A stretch of DNA of 64,000 nt from Candidatus Latescibacterota bacterium (GTDB taxonomy: Bacteria > Latescibacterota > UBA2968 > UBA8231), in the NCBI GenBank assembly GCA_965197905.1, contig CBDAOB010000004.1, positions 320,001-384,000 of the forward strand. Reading direction: 5' to 3'. The notes under the pieces were generated by a model, which was not told where the DNA came from, ran no database searches, and was given only the letters and a program-made list of their open reading frames with translations. Below, in pieces: positions 1 through 10,137 of this stretch. A program made the translations under genes and the position numbers. Every line of letters starts with the position of its first letter. Within the stretch, counting starts at the first letter, position 1.

Positions 1-356
1 AGCTTGGCGCCACTGTTCGCTGCCGCCTCCACCATCGCGTCGGCCTCGACCAGGTTGATGGCGATCGGTTTCTCGCAGAGCACGGATATGCCGCGCTCCA
101 GGGCGGCAACCGTGGGCGTGTGATGCCCTCGCGTCTGAGTTGCCACCACCACCAGGTCGAGCTCCACCGCATCGCACATCTGGGCGCAATCCTCGTAGTC
201 GATGTCCAGTCCGAAGTCTTCCTTCACCTGCGCTTTGGCCCCGTCAAAGGGATCAGACAAGCCGGCGATTTCAAATTCGGGGAGTTCGTCATATATGGTC
301 CGGATGTGGATGCTGCCCATGCCACCGCAGCCAACTACCCCCACTTTGTATACCAT
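1..356 (-). CDS. Gfo/Idh/MocA family oxidoreductase (5' part; runs off the window start)
   Basis: Manual translation from ATG 356: MVYKVGVVGCGGMG (Rossmann motif) ... VLCEKPIA (family EKP motif). Not in the ORF track. Confidence 0.9.
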   Translation of the reverse strand, partial: MVYKVGVVGCGGMGSIHIRTIYDELPEFEIAGLSDPFDGAKAQVKEDFGLDIDYEDCAQMCDAVELDLVVVATQTRGHHTPTVAALERGISVLCEKPIAINLVEADAMVEAAANSGAK

Positions 357-440
357 CTCAATTTCCTTGAGCTACAGAAATCTCTTGGCGCAGCACTCTG
401 GCAGCGCCGCCCGCCTCGTCGTCCTTACCGGATCTACCAG

Positions 441-1559
441 CTACAATTCTACATGCTCCGTGCTTACAACACACCCGCGATCGTCATAGAGATTGATAAA
501 AAGCACGGTTGCTGAGGCCGGCACCTCGGCCACCAATCTCCCCGAGTCATGTTCGACATCGATCGGAACGCTATTGTACTTCCGATCTGACCAGAAGCCG
601 GTCGCTCGTGTATAGCACAGCTCTGCATTGACGATGGGACGGACCGCTTCATACGATACCTCGACGATACCATCGGAGATTTGACAACCGGTGATACGTG
701 CCAGTGGAGGCCCACCGGACAACACGCTGTCCGCAAACGTTCCGATCTCGGTCGGGCCCCATCCTGCCTCATGACCGTGAGGCATTTCGATCCGTATGCA
801 CAGCGTCCGAGCAGCCTCTGGTAAGCGATACGATTTTTGCAGCGAGTCCAACGGATAAGCGCCATCGTTCGTTCCGGAAACCCAGCAGCAAGGCATATCG
901 ACCTGGGGAAGATATACGGCCGGATCCCAGGTACTGAGCCACGGCTCCTCGACTGTGTCCTTCCATCCCGAGTTTTCACCAAGAAAACCACACCCATATA
1001 CGGGGACGGCGCATTTAAAACGCTTGTCTACTGCCGCCACGAGACAGGTCAGGTATCCGCCCCAGGATATTCCCGTGAGACCGATGCGATTCTCATCGAC
1101 CGCCGGATGCGACGCAATCAACGAATGCGCCCGCATCGCCGCGGCAACGGCGTGGTACTGCCACTGCTCCGAGATCTCTTCATGCATCTGGTCGAAAGAA
1201 GCGTCCCATCCCGGAGGTCCTCCCCACTCGTGGCGTTCGTGAGGCCCTCCAACCGGTTCAGGCTGTTCGGGAACACATCCGCATTGATCAAAAGTAATCG
1301 CCGCGTAGCCTCTCCTGTTCCAGATCCGAACCCATTCATCGAACGCCGTGCCACGACCGCCGTGGAGAAGCACCATCGCCGGGCACTTGGCGTTGCCCGG
1401 GAGGTATGGCAAACCCATCCAGGCGAAGACGCGCGTTTGACGGGCTTCGCACGGTTCACCCTCGAAGAAGAGGGCTTCCACCCCTGGGGCGCCGAATCCG
1501 GGTGCGGCAAAGGTTTTCGGTGGATTTGAAAGCTTTTCAATATCCCAATGTGAGGTCAT
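441..1559 (-). CDS. Alpha/beta hydrolase (acetylxylan esterase / peptidase S9-like)
   Basis: LLHGG oxyanion region, GISWGG nucleophile elbow, C-terminal His (PHGH). Start placed at MTSHW after a GGAG RBS. Confidence 0.8.
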   Translation of the reverse strand: MTSHWDIEKLSNPPKTFAAPGFGAPGVEALFFEGEPCEARQTRVFAWMGLPYLPGNAKCPAMVLLHGGRGTAFDEWVRIWNRRGYAAITFDQCGCVPEQPEPVGGPHERHEWGGPPGWDASFDQMHEEISEQWQYHAVAAAMRAHSLIASHPAVDENRIGLTGISWGGYLTCLVAAVDKRFKCAVPVYGCGFLGENSGWKDTVEEPWLSTWDPAVYLPQVDMPCCWVSGTNDGAYPLDSLQKSYRLPEAARTLCIRIEMPHGHEAGWGPTEIGTFADSVLSGGPPLARITGCQISDGIVEVSYEAVRPIVNAELCYTRATGFWSDRKYNSVPIDVEHDSGRLVAEVPASATVLFINLYDDRGCVVSTEHVEL

Positions 1560-1839
1560 TGTGTCTCCTATCCCACGAATCGACGGCCCCGACGCGTCTA
1601 TCGGCACCGTCGCCTGTGAGCGCTCAGTCGCGATCGGCGGATGCCATGATTGGGTGGGGAAGTATAGCGATTGCGAAAACCCGAGGTCAATGGCCGCAGA
1701 CTACCCCGACTGGTCCACGGGCAAATACTGACGATCTTATGGGGTCGCGTTGCCTGCATCGGGTTCGCAGCGCAACCACAATTCCATCTGATTAGCAGTC
1801 TGGAGGAAGCAGATCGACCCCGCACCAGACCCCAACCCC

Positions 1840-3591
1840 GTGTCCGCGCGGGTGCCGCTTCGCCATTACGCTTCCCTTCTCGCCCGGTATTTGAGCCCAT
1901 ACAAGAGCCGCGTCGCGCTCCTCGCCGTCAGCATGGCGGGTGGCATCGGGCTCGGTCTGCTCGGTCCGCAGGTCATTCGCTACTTCATCGACACGGCACA
2001 GGCGGACGGTCCTTTGCGCAGCCTCGTTTGGGCGGGCGTCCTCTTTCTCGGCATCGGCATCGGTCGGCAGGTGATCCAGATCGTCAGCTCCTATCTGGGT
2101 CAGGACGTGGGCTGGCGCGCGACTAACAAGATGCGCAACGACCTGGCCTTCCATTGCCTCCACCTGGACATGGGATTCCACCACGATCATACGCCGGGAG
2201 AGATGATCGAGCGTGTCGACGGCGACACCACGGCCCTGGCAAACTTCTTTTCTCAATTCGTGCTCCAAGTCATCGGCAGTGTCATTTTCCTCCTCGGGGC
2301 CCTGATTCTCGTCTCAATTGAAGACTGGCGCGTCGGCGCTGCGCTCACAGCCTTCTCGGTTCTCGCTTTCTGGGTTTTGAATCTGACCAGGAATATCGCT
2401 GTCCCCATCTACACCGCCGAACGCGAGAGCTACGCGCAGATGTACGGCTTCATCGAAGAGCGGCTGTTGGGCCTCGAGGACATTCGTACCAGCGGGGCGA
2501 TTGACTATGCCGTGCAGCGTTTTCACGGCGTCAACAACAGCGTATTCGCGCGCGTGAAACGATCCGAGTTCGTGAGCGAGGCGTTGCAATCCATCACCGG
2601 CGTCCTGTTCGCCCTGGGCTACGCTCTTGCCATGGGCATGGGCATCTGGCTCTTCCGGGAAGGCACCTTCACCATCGGCGCCGTGTTTCTCGTTTTCCAC
2701 TACACCTCCATGCTGCGCGAACCCTTGTTCGAGCTCAGCCGCCAGATCAACGAGCTCCAGCGTGCCACCGCCGGTCTGAAGAGAATCGAGGAGCTGCACC
2801 GCGTCGAAACCTCGATCTCCGACGGGACGGCCGACCTGGCCACGTCTCATCCCCTCGGGGTCAACTTCGATCACGTCACCTTCGCCTACAATACGGGCGA
2901 GACGATTCTCGACGATGTGACCTTCGCTCTCCAGCCCGGTGAGACCCTCGGCCTACTGGGACGGACGGGGAGCGGCAAGACGACGATGACGCGGCTCCTG
3001 TTCCGCCTCTACGACATTCAGGACGGCGAGATCCGGCTCGGCCAGCAAGAGATCGCAGACCTCAAGCTCGACGACCTGCGCCGCCATGTCGGCCTCGTCA
3101 CGCAAGACGTACAACTTTTCAATGCGACGGTTCGGGACAACCTCGCCCTGTTCCATCCGGAGGTCTCCGACGACCGCATTGTCGCTACCCTGGAAGAGCT
3201 CGGGCTCCAGATGTGGTACGCCCGTCTTTCTGCGGGTCTCGATACGGAGATCACCGCCGGCAGCAGCGGTCTTTCGGCGGGCGAGTCCCAGCTCCTGGCA
3301 TTCGCGCGGGTCTTCCTCAAGGATCCCGGGCTGGTGATTCTGGATGAGCCATCCTCCCGGCTCGATCCGGCCACCGAGCGCAAGATCAACCTTGCCGTCG
3401 AACGCCTGCTCGATCAGCGGACCGGTATCATCATTGCCCACCGTCTCGAAACCGTGGAAAAGGTCGATGACATCCTGATCCTCGACCGCGGACGGATCCA
3501 GGAGTTCGGCCGGCGCTCGGAACTTATCCAGCATCCCGGCTCTCAGTTTTCCAAACTGCTGCGTGCCGGCCTCGAGGAGTTGATCGCGTGA
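1840..3591 (+). CDS. ABC exporter, fused permease + ATPase (heterodimer subunit 1)
   Basis: N-terminal TM domain; Walker A GRTGSGKT, signature LSAGE, Walker B ILDE. Confidence 0.93.
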   Translation: MSARVPLRHYASLLARYLSPYKSRVALLAVSMAGGIGLGLLGPQVIRYFIDTAQADGPLRSLVWAGVLFLGIGIGRQVIQIVSSYLGQDVGWRATNKMRNDLAFHCLHLDMGFHHDHTPGEMIERVDGDTTALANFFSQFVLQVIGSVIFLLGALILVSIEDWRVGAALTAFSVLAFWVLNLTRNIAVPIYTAERESYAQMYGFIEERLLGLEDIRTSGAIDYAVQRFHGVNNSVFARVKRSEFVSEALQSITGVLFALGYALAMGMGIWLFREGTFTIGAVFLVFHYTSMLREPLFELSRQINELQRATAGLKRIEELHRVETSISDGTADLATSHPLGVNFDHVTFAYNTGETILDDVTFALQPGETLGLLGRTGSGKTTMTRLLFRLYDIQDGEIRLGQQEIADLKLDDLRRHVGLVTQDVQLFNATVRDNLALFHPEVSDDRIVATLEELGLQMWYARLSAGLDTEITAGSSGLSAGESQLLAFARVFLKDPGLVILDEPSSRLDPATERKINLAVERLLDQRTGIIIAHRLETVEKVDDILILDRGRIQEFGRRSELIQHPGSQFSKLLRAGLEELIA

Positions 3592-5366
3592 GCACGCCTT
3601 TATCGAAACCCATGTCGATGGGAAGGACCACGTGGCGCCTGCTCCGCTTCCGCCCCGGTCTTTTTCTGGCAACCATTTTCTTTCGCGGCATCGACGATGT
3701 CGCCCCGTTTCTGGCGGGCGTCATCATGAAGGAATTCTTCGACGCCCTGTCGGGACAGGCCGAAGCAGGGTTCACACCGTACACTCTCGTCGCCCTCTAC
3801 GTCGCGGTGGAGATCGGCGATCGCATCGCCCTCTTCGGGTCGGCCATCGCCTGGCCCCGGTGGTGGTATGCGATCGAGACGCTACTCCGGCGCAATCTTA
3901 TCGCTGCCATTCTCGAGGTACGTGATCCGACGGCCATCGCCGGAGCGTCGGGCGAGGTCACCAACCGCTTTCGCGACGACGTCATGGGCATCATCCAGTA
4001 CCTGAACCGCTACATCCACATCTGGGGCAACCTGGTCTTTGCGGCTCTGGCCATCCACTACATGGCCAACATCGACCCCTGGATTACCCTCGTCACGATC
4101 GTGCCGGCCATCTGCGTCGTCATCATCGTCGACGCCTGTCGCAAGCTCATCTACAGGTACCGGACGGCTCAGCGCATCGCCACCGAGCGGGCGACGAATT
4201 TCATCAACGAGATGTTCCAGTCCGTCCTCGCCATCAAGGTTGCCACCACCGAATCGCGTGTGGTCGACCGCTTCCGAGTGTTGAATGACGAGCGACGACG
4301 CTCCACCCTCATCGATAACCTCTTCAACCAGGTTCTCAATTCCATCAACTTCAATCTTGGCCATCTCGCCACCGGGGTGATCCTCATCATGGTCGGTCAG
4401 AAGATGAAGTCGGGAAGTTTCACCGTCGGCGACCTGGCGCTGTTCGCGACCTACGTGGGCCAGGTTGCACGGAGCGGGTCGCTGCTCGGTACGATTCTCG
4501 CCAACCACAAGCGCGCCGAGGTTTCCTATTTGCGCATGGCGCGCACCATCGACGACATCCCCAGGGAGCGTTTGTCCGCTGAGACCCCTGTTTACTTGAG
4601 GGAGCCACCGCCACTGCCCGCTCCGCGCCAAATCGACACATCCGATCATCTGCGCGAGCTCGATGTCACCGGGTTGTCCTACCTCTATCCCGGCACGGAA
4701 AACGGAATCCGCCACATCGACCTCCGCATGGCGGCCGGCTCCTTCACCGTAATAACGGGGCAGATTGGTGCGGGCAAGACCACGTTCCTGCGCACGCTGC
4801 TCGGTACGCTGCCTCTAGATGCCGGCCATATTCGATGGAACGAAAAGGATGTGGACGATCCGAAGGCCTTCTTCGTGCCGCCGCGGTGCGCCTACACGCC
4901 GCAGATTCCGCGGCTCTTCAGCGAGACGCTGCGGGACAACATCCTATTGGGCCTGTCCGTCGACGAGGAGGGTCTCGTTGACGCGCTGCGCCACGGCGTT
5001 CTGGAAACCGATGTGCCGACCCTCGAGAACGGGCTGGACACGATCGTCGGCCCCCGCGGCGTCAAACTCTCTGGCGGCCAGATTCAGCGAGCGGCCGCGG
5101 CACGGATGTTCATCCGCCAGGCCGATCTCCTCGTCTTCGACGATCTCTCTTCCGCCCTCGATGTCGAAACCGCGCGTACCCTGTGGACTCGCGTTTTCGC
5201 GGATCGCAACGCCGCCTGCCTCGTCGTCTCCCACCGCCGTCCCGCCCTGCGCCGTGCCGACCAGATCGTCGTTCTCAAAGACGGTCCAGTCGATGCGGTT
5301 GGAACCTTGAACGAGCTGCTGGAATCGTGTGCAGAGATGCGGGCGTTGTGGCAGGACGAGAGTTGA
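3588..5366 (+). CDS. ABC exporter, fused permease + ATPase (heterodimer subunit 2)
   Basis: [13 protein letters not shown], degenerate Walker B VFDD; GTGA overlap with the upstream partner. Confidence 0.93.
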   Translation: MSTPLSKPMSMGRTTWRLLRFRPGLFLATIFFRGIDDVAPFLAGVIMKEFFDALSGQAEAGFTPYTLVALYVAVEIGDRIALFGSAIAWPRWWYAIETLLRRNLIAAILEVRDPTAIAGASGEVTNRFRDDVMGIIQYLNRYIHIWGNLVFAALAIHYMANIDPWITLVTIVPAICVVIIVDACRKLIYRYRTAQRIATERATNFINEMFQSVLAIKVATTESRVVDRFRVLNDERRRSTLIDNLFNQVLNSINFNLGHLATGVILIMVGQKMKSGSFTVGDLALFATYVGQVARSGSLLGTILANHKRAEVSYLRMARTIDDIPRERLSAETPVYLREPPPLPAPRQIDTSDHLRELDVTGLSYLYPGTENGIRHIDLRMAAGSFTVITGQIGAGKTTFLRTLLGTLPLDAGHIRWNEKDVDDPKAFFVPPRCAYTPQIPRLFSETLRDNILLGLSVDEEGLVDALRHGVLETDVPTLENGLDTIVGPRGVKLSGGQIQRAAAARMFIRQADLLVFDDLSSALDVETARTLWTRVFADRNAACLVVSHRRPALRRADQIVVLKDGPVDAVGTLNELLESCAEMRALWQDES

Positions 5367-5393
5367 AGAAGCCGCTGGCGCGGCGGATTGATC

Positions 5394-6458
5394 TTATCCC
5401 AGGTCGACGCCGAAGTCGGCCGGATTCAAACCACTGTCCTCAGCCAATCCACGCAGACTGATGAGCACGTCCTCCGGCATGACGATGCCTTCCGCGAGCG
5501 CCTTTTCCCGGTTGTTCCACTCCATCTCGCCCGGCAGGTAGATCTCGTATCCAGGGGCCATGTCGGCCTCTTTGATCTCGTCGCACATGGTCTTCATGCG
5601 GGCGTGAAATTCCGACTCGGGCATCATGGCGCGGACGTTCATGGCCAGAAAGGCGTGGCCCTGGTTCGAGGGTTCGTCGGTGTCGGCTACCCAGCTCTGC
5701 ACCGCGCTCATCATCGCCGCGCCGGACAGGGTGGCGGTGAGAATCTCTACGAGGACGGCGAGGCCGTAGCCTTTGTGCCCGGCCATTGGCAGCTGACTGC
5801 CTTTCTCGGGGAAGTCGTTCGGATTGGTAGTGGGAACGCCATCGTCGTCCACCAGCCAGGTGTCGGGGATTTCGCGGCCTTCATTCTTGGCGGCGAAGAT
5901 CTTGGTGGCAGCTACGGCACTGGTGGCAATATCGAGCATGATGGTGCGGTTGGTACCGGTGGGGGCGGCCCAGGCGATCGGATTCGTGCCGAGGATGCGG
6001 CTCTTGCCGCCCGGCACCGTCATACACGGTTCGACGTTGCAGAATGACATGCCGAGCATGCCGCCTTCGGCGATCATGTTGGAGTAGAACCCCGCGGCGC
6101 CGAAGTGGCTGCTGCCGCGAACGCCGATGTAGCACATCCCGGTCTCGCCCGCTTTCTTGAGCGCCAGCTCCACCGCCCGGTAGGAGATGGAGGGAGGCAT
6201 GCCGTCACAGGCGTCGATGATTGCCCAGGACGGTCCCTCGTTGACGATCTTCTCCTTGGCCGTGGCTACCAGCCGGCCGCGGCGGGCGTTCTTCATGAGA
6301 CCGCGAATCTGTCGGGTGCCGTGGGTGAAGGTGCCCCATGAATCGGTGGTCGCAAAAACCTTGGCGCTGAGCTCGGCGTCCTCCTGGGACAGCCCAGCGT
6401 CGACCATGGCGGCGATGCAGAAGGCTTCGAGGTTCTTGATCTGGATCGGGCTGCTCAT
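5394..6458 (-). CDS. Ldh_2 family oxidoreductase (malate/L-lactate/L-sulfolactate dehydrogenase type)
   Basis: GTFTHG, SSHFGAAG, GTNPIA, GHKGYGL and YLPGE motifs. Confidence 0.9.
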   Translation of the reverse strand: MSSPIQIKNLEAFCIAAMVDAGLSQEDAELSAKVFATTDSWGTFTHGTRQIRGLMKNARRGRLVATAKEKIVNEGPSWAIIDACDGMPPSISYRAVELALKKAGETGMCYIGVRGSSHFGAAGFYSNMIAEGGMLGMSFCNVEPCMTVPGGKSRILGTNPIAWAAPTGTNRTIMLDIATSAVAATKIFAAKNEGREIPDTWLVDDDGVPTTNPNDFPEKGSQLPMAGHKGYGLAVLVEILTATLSGAAMMSAVQSWVADTDEPSNQGHAFLAMNVRAMMPESEFHARMKTMCDEIKEADMAPGYEIYLPGEMEWNNREKALAEGIVMPEDVLISLRGLAEDSGLNPADFGVDLG

Positions 6459-6559
6459 GTGGTGACTCCTCTGTTCCTCGATTCAGTGGCTACTCGCGTA
6501 AATTCCATCACCGGAATTCACGGGCGGCATCGCAGCTACGTTCTCGATGCCAGCTCCTT

Positions 6560-6988
6560 TTACTCCCTCGGCAAGACGAGGAATCCCTCCCGCCTCGCCG
6601 CTTCCGATAAGCGCTCGTCCAGACAGACGAGCTCCTTTCCTTCCCGCGTTTCGCCTGCCCAGGCGGTCGCTGCGGCCAGTTGCAGAGAGTCAGCGGCTCG
6701 GAGGTCGTGTATCGCGAGCAGCCGCATGGCCCGTTCACGCAGCGTTGCCGACGGCTGCATTTCTGTCCACATGCCCCGGTACGAGAGGATGATCTCGCGC
6801 GCCGCGTGCTCCTCACTTACTCCGATACCGCCCATCCTCCGCAGGCGGGCAAGGGCGGAGGCGGCTTCCACCGGCGTTCCCCACCAGACAGCCATGTCGG
6901 CGTTGATGGCGATCAAATCTCGCATCGTTTGAGTGAAATCTTCCTGCACACACAACGGTACGATTGCGGACGCATCCCAGAATCTCAT
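6560..6988 (-). CDS. vapC: PIN-domain toxin, VapC family
   Basis: FWDASAIVPL, VWWGTPVE, LRAADSLQLAAA and CLDERL acidic PIN motifs. Confidence 0.92.
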   Translation of the reverse strand: MRFWDASAIVPLCVQEDFTQTMRDLIAINADMAVWWGTPVEAASALARLRRMGGIGVSEEHAAREIILSYRGMWTEMQPSATLRERAMRLLAIHDLRAADSLQLAAATAWAGETREGKELVCLDERLSEAARREGFLVLPRE

Positions 6989-7281
6989 CGCCCTTCGCGC
7001 CGTTCATCAATCAAAACCTGCACCACGGAAAATCCCGATTTGACTACGGGTAGTGGCAAATCCTGCGCCGTTTCAAACGCGGACCCGGTGCCGATCCTGA
7101 CCTCACCCCGGCGCTCCATCTCCTGTAGATGCGCAGATAGGTCGGTGGGCCTCTCATCCAGTGGTACCAGCCTGGCCACCGGTCGCCCGCGATCGGTTAT
7201 GATGACATCCTCGCCAGCCCTGGTAATCTTCAGGAAGTGACTCAACTTCGACTTCAACTCGGCAATACCGGCACGAACCAT
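6985..7281 (-). CDS. Phd/YefM family antitoxin
   Basis: GIAELKSKLS...GEDVIITDRGRPVARLVP; 4-nt overlap with the toxin gene. Confidence 0.92.
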   Translation of the reverse strand: MVRAGIAELKSKLSHFLKITRAGEDVIITDRGRPVARLVPLDERPTDLSAHLQEMERRGEVRIGTGSAFETAQDLPLPVVKSGFSVVQVLIDERREGR

Positions 7282-7304
7282 ATGTACCTTCAGATCATTT
7301 ATAT

Positions 7305-7321
7305 ATGACTATAATAGTCAT
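7305..7321. promoter_or_regulatory. Palindromic TA operator next to a -10-like element
   Basis: ATGACTA-TAA-TAGTCAT perfect inverted repeat 24 bp upstream of the antitoxin start; CATAAT on the minus strand overlaps its edge. Confidence 0.7.
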
Positions 7322-7378
7322 TATGTGCTATGATCGCAAGATCGGTCAGACCTGGCCCAAACTTCGCGGGTCGTATCA

Positions 7379-8788
7379 CTATTCCAGCCAGAATGAATAG
7401 AACCGCGCCTGGTGCATGAAAAAACGCAAGCGCACCGGATTGTCGAACACCAGATCGCGATCCGTGTTCCAGTGGATCCTGGCCTTCCAATGGTCGCCTT
7501 TCAAAGGCGAAGGTTGCTGGGTCGCCAGATCAAACTCGGGCAAGACCTTCAACGTCTCGCCATCGACGATGGATGCGTAGAACTCGCCCCAGGCGGCGTT
7601 GACATTTACGAACAGATCTTCACCGTGCCACATGAACGGCTTGGTAAATACGGTGCCGGCACTGTCGGCATCGAGCGAGACAAAACCGTCAGGGCGCAAT
7701 TTGGCTAGGCAAATGGTCACCTGATCGTCGAAGAGTTCAGGATCCACGTTCAGTCGGTAGAGCTCTTTGTTGCGGGTGTGCCGTTCGCGGCTCAAGGCAT
7801 TGGAAGGAAATCGGCAACCTATGTAATAGATCCAGATCTCGCCATCCGGGCGCACGACCGGCTGCCCGGACATGCCCACCTGGCTGGTGTCATAACGAAT
7901 GCCGTCCCAGGGCTCGATGCCGATGAACAGGGCGCGGTCGGCGATTCGTTCCCAATGGTAGAGGTCGCGGGAAACGGCGAGCTCGATCTGATTGATCCGG
8001 TTGTGATTCATGTGTGGCGGTGGTGCGGCGCCAAACGGGTTGAAAATCAAGGGAAATCCGACGTAGAGTCCTTCGTAGGGCATGACCGCCATGTGATAGG
8101 CTTCGGCGAAGTAGTCTTGATCGTCCACGTACGGGGGTTGGATGAAAGCCGGGTTGGCCAGGTGCTCGCGTACCCGGCGACGGCAGTTCTCCCAGTCGAT
8201 CTCGTCGGTGTGGAAGATGAGCTCGGGATCGGAGTAATGTTCAGCGTCTTTGCTGGTCGCGAGAAAGACGGAGCGTCCCCATTTGGTGCCGTGCTTTACC
8301 AGGGCCAGATACTGTTCGGTATAGGGGTCGTAGGTGAACTGGTGCTCGTCAGAGCTGGGTATAGGCGGCACGTCGAACCGCTGCCAGTCGATGCCGTCGG
8401 CGGAGACAGCGGGGCACAGATCGTTGTTGACACCATTGCCTAGCAATCCTTTATAGCGTCGATTGGGGTCGGGGTCGTGCCCATCGCGGACGGCATGCTG
8501 AGGTGTTTCCGCGATCGGGAACCGCTCCCAGTGCTCTCCGTCTTCGGAGGTTGCGAAATCGTCGCCGAACCACCATTCCCACAAGCTCTTTTCCGAGTTC
8601 CACTGAGGAGAAATGCGACTTTGGAGGCCGGTCTCGCCGCGTTTGCGGTCGGGCCTGACCACGGGGCCGACCTTTCGGGGTTGGTGCAGGGTGCGGTAGG
8701 TCCCGATAGTTTTTTCGAGAGCGCCGTCGTCCAGGAAGAGTTGGCGATGTTGCTTCGGGTCAATGAGTTTCTCGTCCATTATTACCAC
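7379..8788 (-). CDS. Hypothetical protein, GH32/GH43-like beta-propeller fold
   Basis: Repeated Asp-box-like S-x-D-G-x-x-W motifs (SEDGEHW, SADGIDW, SRDLYHW); C-terminal LRPDGFVSL...YSFW region. Confidence 0.6.
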   Translation of the reverse strand: MVIMDEKLIDPKQHRQLFLDDGALEKTIGTYRTLHQPRKVGPVVRPDRKRGETGLQSRISPQWNSEKSLWEWWFGDDFATSEDGEHWERFPIAETPQHAVRDGHDPDPNRRYKGLLGNGVNNDLCPAVSADGIDWQRFDVPPIPSSDEHQFTYDPYTEQYLALVKHGTKWGRSVFLATSKDAEHYSDPELIFHTDEIDWENCRRRVREHLANPAFIQPPYVDDQDYFAEAYHMAVMPYEGLYVGFPLIFNPFGAAPPPHMNHNRINQIELAVSRDLYHWERIADRALFIGIEPWDGIRYDTSQVGMSGQPVVRPDGEIWIYYIGCRFPSNALSRERHTRNKELYRLNVDPELFDDQVTICLAKLRPDGFVSLDADSAGTVFTKPFMWHGEDLFVNVNAAWGEFYASIVDGETLKVLPEFDLATQQPSPLKGDHWKARIHWNTDRDLVFDNPVRLRFFMHQARFYSFWLE

Positions 8789-10137
8789 TTTACCGTTTGC
8801 ATGAGATAGATGAAATCGGCGTCATTGGATGGTCCAGTTGCCTCCGCGAACGGACCGGCAAAGAAGTGGCTGTAGCCCAACTGCACAGCCAACCTTCCAA
8901 ACGCTCGCGTAGCCGTGAGGTCTACCTCGGCGCCGGCGAATGAGCTCGGATCACCGATGGCACCCGCAGTCGGACGGAATACGCCCGCGCCCGCGTTGTA
9001 CCAGGCGTCCGCCTCCGGCTCATCGATCCAGAAAGCCTGGTAGGCCAGACGCCAACTCGTCCCCAGCGCGCGCGTAGCTGCGGTGGTCTCGAGGTTGTGC
9101 ATGTTCTGCAGTGAAAAGAAATCCATGTAGCCGTAATAGGCGTGATTGAGAGGATACTGATTGTCGAAGGTCGAGTGCTGAGTGTCCGTTGCATCGCCGT
9201 CCCCGGTGCCGTAACTGTAGGCCGCGCCAAGCCGGGTTTTGTCCAGGCGCTGGAGTCGGTACGCCCCGCCGGCGTGAACGGCTACGGCGCGCTGATCGTC
9301 GCCGCCATACTCGCCGACTTGACCGGCTATCTCCAGCTCACCCTCCCAGAAACCCCGGCTCTTGTGCCATCGGGTCCCGATCGTGAACACTTGGTCCTCC
9401 ACATCTTCCTCCGATCGCAGCAAAGCGTAGGCCTCGGCCCGCGCGTCGAAGGCGAAACTCCAGTCGGTAAGATAGCAGGCAAAGAAGGAGCTGTTGAAGA
9501 GCCGACTCCGGGTGGTGCCGTAGTCGTTGAAGCCGCCGGGATCCACGGGAACCAACCGAGATGCGATGAGTTCGACGGTTCGCTCTTCGGGAGTCCCCAG
9601 AGTCAAGCGAGCACTGTCCCAGACCCGAGCGGTATTCACCCATTCCAACGAGGCTATCAGGCGCTTGGCTCCCAGATTGAATTTCTGGCGGCCGAGTCGC
9701 AACCGGGTCGGAAACCTCCGCGTCGGCAGGGCGAAGTCGACGTAAGCCTGGTGCAGGTCGAGCTTGTCGGCGTAGATGTTGGGCACGGCGTTTTCGTCGA
9801 TCATTGGGGCAGCTGACTGTGATTCTCCGAACACTCGAGCGTCCTGTCCCTGGAGAAACAAAGAAACCCGGGGAACCGGCTCCCACGTCGCGTTGACGCG
9901 CAGCTGGGTGAGCAGGTAATCCTGCGCGCCCTGGTCAAAGTCGAAATCGTCCTTCAGTTCCTGGCGCAGTCGCAGGCTGCCGCCCATTCGAGGATATTCC
10001 GACGCAAGATCCTCTTGTGAGCTGGCCTCAGTCGCCAGGACGGTCAACGCAACCGCCACGGTAACTGTCCAACAGTTCAGCAGACCTCTTACCGATCCGC
10101 TCCGACCGCCGCTGGGCCATAGGGAACGCACTACCAC
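8782..10137 (-). CDS. Alginate export (AlgE-like) outer-membrane beta-barrel
   Basis: Signal peptide, LHQAYVD, LRLGRQ, amphipathic strands, terminal Trp. Confidence 0.82.
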   Translation of the reverse strand: MVVRSLWPSGGRSGSVRGLLNCWTVTVAVALTVLATEASSQEDLASEYPRMGGSLRLRQELKDDFDFDQGAQDYLLTQLRVNATWEPVPRVSLFLQGQDARVFGESQSAAPMIDENAVPNIYADKLDLHQAYVDFALPTRRFPTRLRLGRQKFNLGAKRLIASLEWVNTARVWDSARLTLGTPEERTVELIASRLVPVDPGGFNDYGTTRSRLFNSSFFACYLTDWSFAFDARAEAYALLRSEEDVEDQVFTIGTRWHKSRGFWEGELEIAGQVGEYGGDDQRAVAVHAGGAYRLQRLDKTRLGAAYSYGTGDGDATDTQHSTFDNQYPLNHAYYGYMDFFSLQNMHNLETTAATRALGTSWRLAYQAFWIDEPEADAWYNAGAGVFRPTAGAIGDPSSFAGAEVDLTATRAFGRLAVQLGYSHFFAGPFAEATGPSNDADFIYLMQTVKW

